Source: Alphaproteobacteria bacterium (GTDB lineage Bacteria > Pseudomonadota > Alphaproteobacteria > UBA828). Taken from it: a stretch of 64,000 nucleotides of DNA. Of the stretch, positions 58,403-64,000 are shown one piece after another (the stretch's first letter is position 1; the number at the start of each line of letters is the position of its first letter). A program made the position numbers and the translations under genes. Below the pieces are notes generated by a model, which saw only the letters and a list, made by a program, of their open reading frames with translations, was not told where the DNA came from and searched no databases. The stretch covers positions 960,001-1,024,000 of the forward strand of contig CBDCQT010000013.1 of the NCBI GenBank assembly GCA_965220745.1. The letters are read 5' to 3'.

Positions 58403-59859
58403 GCGACGCCGGCGCTCTCGCGCTCATTTCCGTTGCCGAGATGTATGCGGCCGACGCGGCGGCGGCACGCGCGGGCACGCCGGGGCTCACGCTGATGGAG
58501 AACGCCGGACGGGCAGTGGCGGACGCCATCGTGCGGCGCTGGGGGACGCGACCGGTGGCGGTGCTCTGCGGCCCCGGCAACAACGGCGGGGACGGGTTCG
58601 TCGTCGCGCGGCTGCTGGCGGAGGCCGGCTGGCCGGTGCGGCTCGGGCTCCTGGGCGCCCGAGAACGCCTCAAGGGCGACGCTGCAGCCATGGCCGAACG
58701 GTGGGAGCACCCGGTCGAACCGCTCGATCCGGCGCTGCTCGGGGGCGAGCCGCTGGTGGTCGATGCGCTGTTCGGCGCCGGGTTGACGCGGCCGCTGGAG
58801 GGCGTGGCACTGGCGCTCGCCGAATCCTGCGCCGGGCGCGATCTGCCCTGCGTCGCGGTCGACATCCCGAGCGGCGTGCACGGCGATACCGGCGAGGTCC
58901 TGGGTGGGTCGTTCGAGGCTGCGGTGACCGTGACCTTCGGCCGGCGCAAGTACGGGCACCTTCTGTTGCCGGGGCGCGCGCGTGCCGGCGAAGTGGTGGT
59001 TGCCGATATCGGCATTCCGGCGGCGGCGATCGACGAGCTGGCGCTTTGGGTGCACGAGAACGCGCCGCCGCTCTGGCGAGAGCTGCTGCCCTACCCCGAA
59101 GCAACCGATCACAAGTACAGCCGAGGCCATGCCCTCGTGGTGGGCGGCGACGGCGCGCATTCCGGCGCGGCGCGGCTCGCGGCGCGCGCGGCGCTCCGCG
59201 TGGGCGCCGGTCTGGTCACGGTCCACGCGCCCGAAGCTGCGTTGCCCGTCTATGCGTCCCAGTTAACCGCCGTCATGGTGGCGTCCCTGGACGATCTGGG
59301 GGCGGCGCTTGCCGACGAGCGCCGCAACGCGCTACTGATCGGCCCCGGCTGCGGCGTGAGCCCCGCGACCCGCGCGCAGACGCTCCAGGCACTCGGCGCG
59401 GGGAAACGCTGCGTGCTGGACGCCGATGCGCTCACCGCGTTTCAGGAGGAGCCGGCCGCGCTCTTCGCGGCGCTCGGGCCCGGTGCGGTGCTGACCCCGC
59501 ACGAGGGGGAATACCGGCGTCTCTTCGCCCACGAGGGCGACAAGCTCTCCCGTGCCCGTGCCGCAGCGGCGGAATGCGGGGCCGTGGTGGTTTTGAAAGG
59601 CGCGGATTCCGTGATCGCGGCGCCCGACGGCCGCGCGGCGATCAATGCCAATGCGCCGCCGACGCTGGCGACCGCGGGCTCGGGCGATGTCCTGGCCGGC
59701 TTCATCCTCGGCCTGCTGGCGCAGGGGATGCCGACGTTCGAGGCTGCCGCTGCGGGAGTTTGGCTGCACGGCGCCGCGGCGGCCGCCTTCGGCCCCGGTT
59801 TGATCGCCGAGGACCTGAGCGAATCGCTGCCGAGAGTGCTGCGAAATCTGAGACTATGA
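58399..59859 (+). CDS. nnr: bifunctional NAD(P)H-hydrate epimerase/dehydratase
   Basis: LMENAG, GPGNNGGDG, DALFG, DIPSG, HKY.RG, DADAL, TPH.GE, AGSGDVL. Confidence 0.95.
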   Translation: MSDAGALALISVAEMYAADAAAARAGTPGLTLMENAGRAVADAIVRRWGTRPVAVLCGPGNNGGDGFVVARLLAEAGWPVRLGLLGARERLKGDAAAMAERWEHPVEPLDPALLGGEPLVVDALFGAGLTRPLEGVALALAESCAGRDLPCVAVDIPSGVHGDTGEVLGGSFEAAVTVTFGRRKYGHLLLPGRARAGEVVVADIGIPAAAIDELALWVHENAPPLWRELLPYPEATDHKYSRGHALVVGGDGAHSGAARLAARAALRVGAGLVTVHAPEAALPVYASQLTAVMVASLDDLGAALADERRNALLIGPGCGVSPATRAQTLQALGAGKRCVLDADALTAFQEEPAALFAALGPGAVLTPHEGEYRRLFAHEGDKLSRARAAAAECGAVVVLKGADSVIAAPDGRAAINANAPPTLATAGSGDVLAGFILGLLAQGMPTFEAAAAGVWLHGAAAAAFGPGLIAEDLSESLPRVLRNLRL

Positions 59860-59922
59860 GCAGAGGACGGCTCGAGCGGTACAGGAGCACCGAGGCCGAC
59901 GGTACGCGCCATGCCTTCCATG

Positions 59923-59944
59923 AAATTTTATTTATAAATTTTAA
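59923..59944. promoter_or_regulatory. 22-nt A/T-only imperfect palindrome upstream of amt
   Basis: AAATTTTATTTATAAATTTTAA in an otherwise very GC-rich sequence. Confidence 0.5.
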
Positions 59945-59993
59945 CAGGTAGGGGTGAGCGCCGAACAAGGGTAGTGCTCGTGCACGCTTATAT

Positions 59994-60022
59994 TTGACAG
60001 CCTCGGAGAACGTGGTCATGGT
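59994..60022 (+). promoter_or_regulatory. TTGAC-N16-GTCA dyad / promoter of amt
   Basis: TTGACA-N17-CATGGT, with GTCA at 60015-60018. Confidence 0.45.
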
Positions 60023-60058
60023 TGACAAAACCGTGAATAAGGGGACAGGGACCCGGCT

Positions 60059-61489
60059 ATGCGGCAGGAGTATAGAAGTACACGCGGAATAGTACCGAAG
60101 CTTACTTTCGCAGGCCTTTCGCCCTTCAGATTCACCGGCAGATCCCGCTGGCGGACCGTCGGTCTGGTCCTCGTCCTCACGCTCTCGCTCGTGTTCGTGG
60201 TGCCGCAGGCCTACGCCGCGGTCACCGCCGAGACGCAGTTCATCCTCAACAGCTTCTCGTTCCTCATCTGGGGCGCGCTGGTGATGTGGATGTGCGCCGG
60301 CTTCACCATGCTGGAAGCCGGATCGGTCCGCACCAAGAACGCGTCCGTCATCTGCCTCAAGAACATCGGCCTCTATTCCATCGCCGGCCTCACCTACTAC
60401 CTGGTCGGTTACAACCTCATGTACGTCGATGTGGTGAGCTGGGTCGGATCGTTCGCGCTGCCCTATTCGACGACGCCCGAGGAGATCGCTCTGCTCGGCG
60501 GCGACGAAGCCGCGGCCGAGGCGGTCATAGAGGGCGGCTATTCCACGATGTCCGACTGGTTCTTCCAGATGGTGTTCGTGGCGACCACCGCCTCGATCGT
60601 CTCGGGCACCTTGGCCGAACGCGTGAAGCTCTGGTCGTTCTTCATTTTCATCGCGCTGCTGACCGCCTTCATCTATCCGGTGATCGGCTCCTGGACCTGG
60701 GGCGGCGGCTGGCTCTCCCAGATGGGGTTCCAGGACTTCGCCGGGTCCACGATCGTGCATTCGACCGGCGGCTGGGCGGCTCTCGCCGGCGCCATGATCG
60801 TCGGCGCACGGAAGGGCAAGTTCCGCGCCGATGGCAGCGTCAAGGTGACGTCGCCTTCCAACGTGCCGGCGGTGACGCTCGGGGTCTTCATCCTCTGGCT
60901 CGGCTGGTTTGGGTTCAACGGGGGCTCGCAACTCGCGCTGAGCGGGGCGATCGACGCGGTGGCGTTGAGCAACATCCTGGCCAACACCAACCTCGCGGCG
61001 GCGGCCGGCGTGCTCGCGGCGATCACACTCTCGCGGCCGATCATGGGTCGTGTCGACCTGATCACCAGCCTGAACGGCGCCATCGCCGGCCTGGTGGCGA
61101 TCACCGCCGGACCCGACATCGTCGATCACTACTTCGCGGTCATCATCGGTGCGATCGGCGGCGCGATCGTCGTGCTCGGCGTGAAGCTCCTCGAGATTGT
61201 CAAGGTGGACGATGTCGTCGGCGCGGTTCCGGCGCATCTCTTCGCCGGGGTGTGGGGGACGCTCGCAGTCTGCATTGCGGCCGGCGGCGACCCCGGCGTG
61301 CAGATCATCGGTATCCTCGCGATCGGCGCCTTCGTCTTCGGCACCTCGTACCTGGCGTGGTTCATCCTCGACAAGTCCCCGCTCCGGGCGCGGATCCCAG
61401 AGGCGCACGAGGAGCTTGGTCAGGATGCGGCGGAGCTCGGCATTGAGTCTTACCCGGAATTCGTGCTAATGCCCGAAACAGACGACTGA
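60059..61489 (+). CDS. amtB: ammonium transporter
   Basis: GF.MLEAG.VR.KN, FFQ.VF, SG..AER, DFAGS..VH, WLGWFGFNGGS, DDVVG..PAH (twin His present). Confidence 0.94.
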   Translation: MRQEYRSTRGIVPKLTFAGLSPFRFTGRSRWRTVGLVLVLTLSLVFVVPQAYAAVTAETQFILNSFSFLIWGALVMWMCAGFTMLEAGSVRTKNASVICLKNIGLYSIAGLTYYLVGYNLMYVDVVSWVGSFALPYSTTPEEIALLGGDEAAAEAVIEGGYSTMSDWFFQMVFVATTASIVSGTLAERVKLWSFFIFIALLTAFIYPVIGSWTWGGGWLSQMGFQDFAGSTIVHSTGGWAALAGAMIVGARKGKFRADGSVKVTSPSNVPAVTLGVFILWLGWFGFNGGSQLALSGAIDAVALSNILANTNLAAAAGVLAAITLSRPIMGRVDLITSLNGAIAGLVAITAGPDIVDHYFAVIIGAIGGAIVVLGVKLLEIVKVDDVVGAVPAHLFAGVWGTLAVCIAAGGDPGVQIIGILAIGAFVFGTSYLAWFILDKSPLRARIPEAHEELGQDAAELGIESYPEFVLMPETDD

Positions 61490-61611
61490 CGCCGTCGCGC
61501 CACGGTGTGCGGGGAGGGCCGCGGCGCTTTGGAATCCACGCGAGTTAGAGTGTGGCGCGCCCCCAAACAAGGTATATGATCGTACCAGCACGGTCTTAGG
61601 AGACGACGGCG

Positions 61612-61950
61612 ATGGAGTTGACGATCGAACGCGGCGATAACGCCCTGACCGCCAGCGTGAATGGGCGCATCGACAGCACCAATGCCCGTGATTTCGAGGA
61701 AGCGATCCGAACCAAGATCGAAGACGGCGACCGCGCCGTGATCATGGACTTCGAGAACCTCTCCTACATCAGCAGTGCGGGGCTCCGGGCCGTGCTGATG
61801 ACCGCCAAGACCCTGTGGAAGCGGGACGCCAAGTTTGCACTTTGCTCGCTCTCGGGCCCGGTCAAGGAAGTGTTCGAGATCAGCGGCTTCGACAAGATCA
61901 TCCCGATCCACGATACCCGAGAAGGGGCGCTGAGCTCACTCGACAATTAG
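61612..61950 (+). CDS. STAS-domain anti-sigma factor antagonist (RsbV/SpoIIAA-like)
   Basis: GRIDS, YISSAGLR (phospho-Ser motif), VFEISGF; AGGAG SD. Confidence 0.92.
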   Translation: MELTIERGDNALTASVNGRIDSTNARDFEEAIRTKIEDGDRAVIMDFENLSYISSAGLRAVLMTAKTLWKRDAKFALCSLSGPVKEVFEISGFDKIIPIHDTREGALSSLDN

Positions 61951-62586
61951 CGCCCTCCGCAGACGGGCCATCAGCCCGTCGGCAGTTACGATACCTGAAG
62001 GAGAGATCGCCACGCCTGCGGCGCGCAGCATGCGCGCCGTCCATGTGTTGCACGTGTTGAACAGGTGGAATTCGCCGCGGGCATTGTAGAAGTGGCTGCC
62101 GGGGTAGAGACCGCGAGAGACGGACGCGGCACGGCCGCCGGCGGGGCGTTCGAACTCCGCCGCAAGCGCCTCGACCAGATTGAGAAATCCCGCCTCGGTT
62201 AGCGGCACGGCGACGACCTCGCGGCTGGAACCGCCGTCTCTCGGCGCGGCCGCGAGCCCGGCCATGTGCATGACCGCGGGCGTGGGCACGAGCGCCGCAG
62301 AGAGAGTCATCCCGATGGTCTTCTCCTTCGCCGGGTAGTAGACGCGGTCCCCCCACCCGAACTCGAGATACGCGGCGCCGGGAAAGTCCGCCGCCTCGGG
62401 GAGCAGGCCGGTGTCGGCGAGCGCGGGCGCCGGCACGACGATCGCCGTATGCCAGCCGTTGCTGGCGACCTGGATGACGTGGGTGCGCGGTGCGTCGTTG
62501 TCAGCTGGTGGGGGCGGCGCGGTTTCGCAGGTGGCAAGCCAGAGGGCGCAGAGCGCGAGCGCCGGCCCGATCAGCCAGCGCCTCAC
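61936..62586 (-). CDS. DUF2459 (TIGR02117-like) exported protein
   Basis: GWHTAIV, EFGWGD..YY, FY.A.G.F...NTCN.W; GTG after GGGAGG. Confidence 0.8.
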   Translation of the reverse strand: MRRWLIGPALALCALWLATCETAPPPPADNDAPRTHVIQVASNGWHTAIVVPAPALADTGLLPEAADFPGAAYLEFGWGDRVYYPAKEKTIGMTLSAALVPTPAVMHMAGLAAAPRDGGSSREVVAVPLTEAGFLNLVEALAAEFERPAGGRAASVSRGLYPGSHFYNARGEFHLFNTCNTWTARMLRAAGVAISPSGIVTADGLMARLRRALIVE

Positions 62587-62612
62587 GGTGCGCCTCCCGC
62601 CGGCGATCCCTG

Positions 62613-63656
<1,044 letters not shown>

Positions 63657-63758
63657 TTCTCTTCTCCCGTGATGCGCGGCGAGGGAAGCCACGTCGTGAC
63701 TGTGGGGAGATAGGCCAGTTCTGCTACAATCGCCAGAGAACAAATTGGGGAGGAGACC

Positions 63759-64000
63759 ATGGGCAACATGTGGAACAGTGACCCGCGCGGCTGGCGCCTG
63801 TCACGACGCGGATTCATGAAGGGTGCGACCGCGCTCGCCGGCACGGCAGCGCTCTCCAGCACCTTCGCGGGCCGGAATGCCGGGGCGCAGGAAAATACGC
63901 TCACTTATCTGAGCTGGCCGGGCCATGCCGACCCGTTCATCGTCGAGCCCTTCGAGCAGGAGCACGGCGTCAAGGTTGTCGGCAAGGAGTATGTCGGCGG
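63759..64000 (+). CDS. Tat-exported ABC substrate-binding protein (PotD/PotF-like), truncated by the window end
   Basis: GGAGGAG SD; SRRGFMKG; LTYLSWPGHADP..VEPFE...GVKV. Confidence 0.8.
   Translation, partial: MGNMWNSDPRGWRLSRRGFMKGATALAGTAALSSTFAGRNAGAQENTLTYLSWPGHADPFIVEPFEQEHGVKVVGKEYVG

Noticed and set aside
57595-59859. Apparent long or fused ORFs (57595-59859, 53240-54454, 7649-8920, 19672-21945, 40444-41712)
   Set aside because: The N-terminal extensions are Arg/Gly/Pro-rich off-frame reads of the upstream gene. The true starts overlap or closely follow the upstream stops.
59946-60058. Sigma54/NtrC control of amt
   Set aside because: There is no TGGCAC-N5-TTGC site and only a half TGCAC box.

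Overview
High-GC alphaproteobacterial chromosome segment. It looks Rhodospirillales-like: the tRNA-His keeps G-1:C73, and prs-rplY-pth-ychF, lgt-midA-pgeF, sdhE-mfd and hisB-DUF2628-hisH-GNAT-hisAFE-HIT are syntenic. Most of the window is core metabolism. Interleaved accessory items are: a dxr-hpnC-hpnD-hldD operon with no hpnE, and distant hpnB and hpnA-like genes; a DUF1778/GNAT toxin-antitoxin pair; an LLM oxidoreductase plus diaminopropionate ammonia-lyase facing a two-ATPase CUT1 ABC importer; an HcnABC/opine-oxidase-like dehydrogenase; separated RsbW-like and STAS genes; an Amt without glnK; and two copies of a hairpin-rich TTAGAGCG...CGCTCTAA element. The best novelty candidate is a ~650-bp module at 47003-47650. 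It consists of a solitary, apparently internally deleted Mu-gp27-like (DUF3486) gene, a perfect 16-bp dyad upstream at the position where Mu Mor/C activators bind (if the mRNA is leaderless), and seven 10-bp phased repeats downstream, with no other phage genes in the window. Also noted: a TTGAC-N16-GTCA motif upstream of three uptake/catabolic operons, an aminotransferase lacking a canonical start codon, and two unannotated small membrane ORFs. There is no CRISPR array, rRNA, integrase or transposase. All family calls come from motif recognition by eye; no database searches were run.
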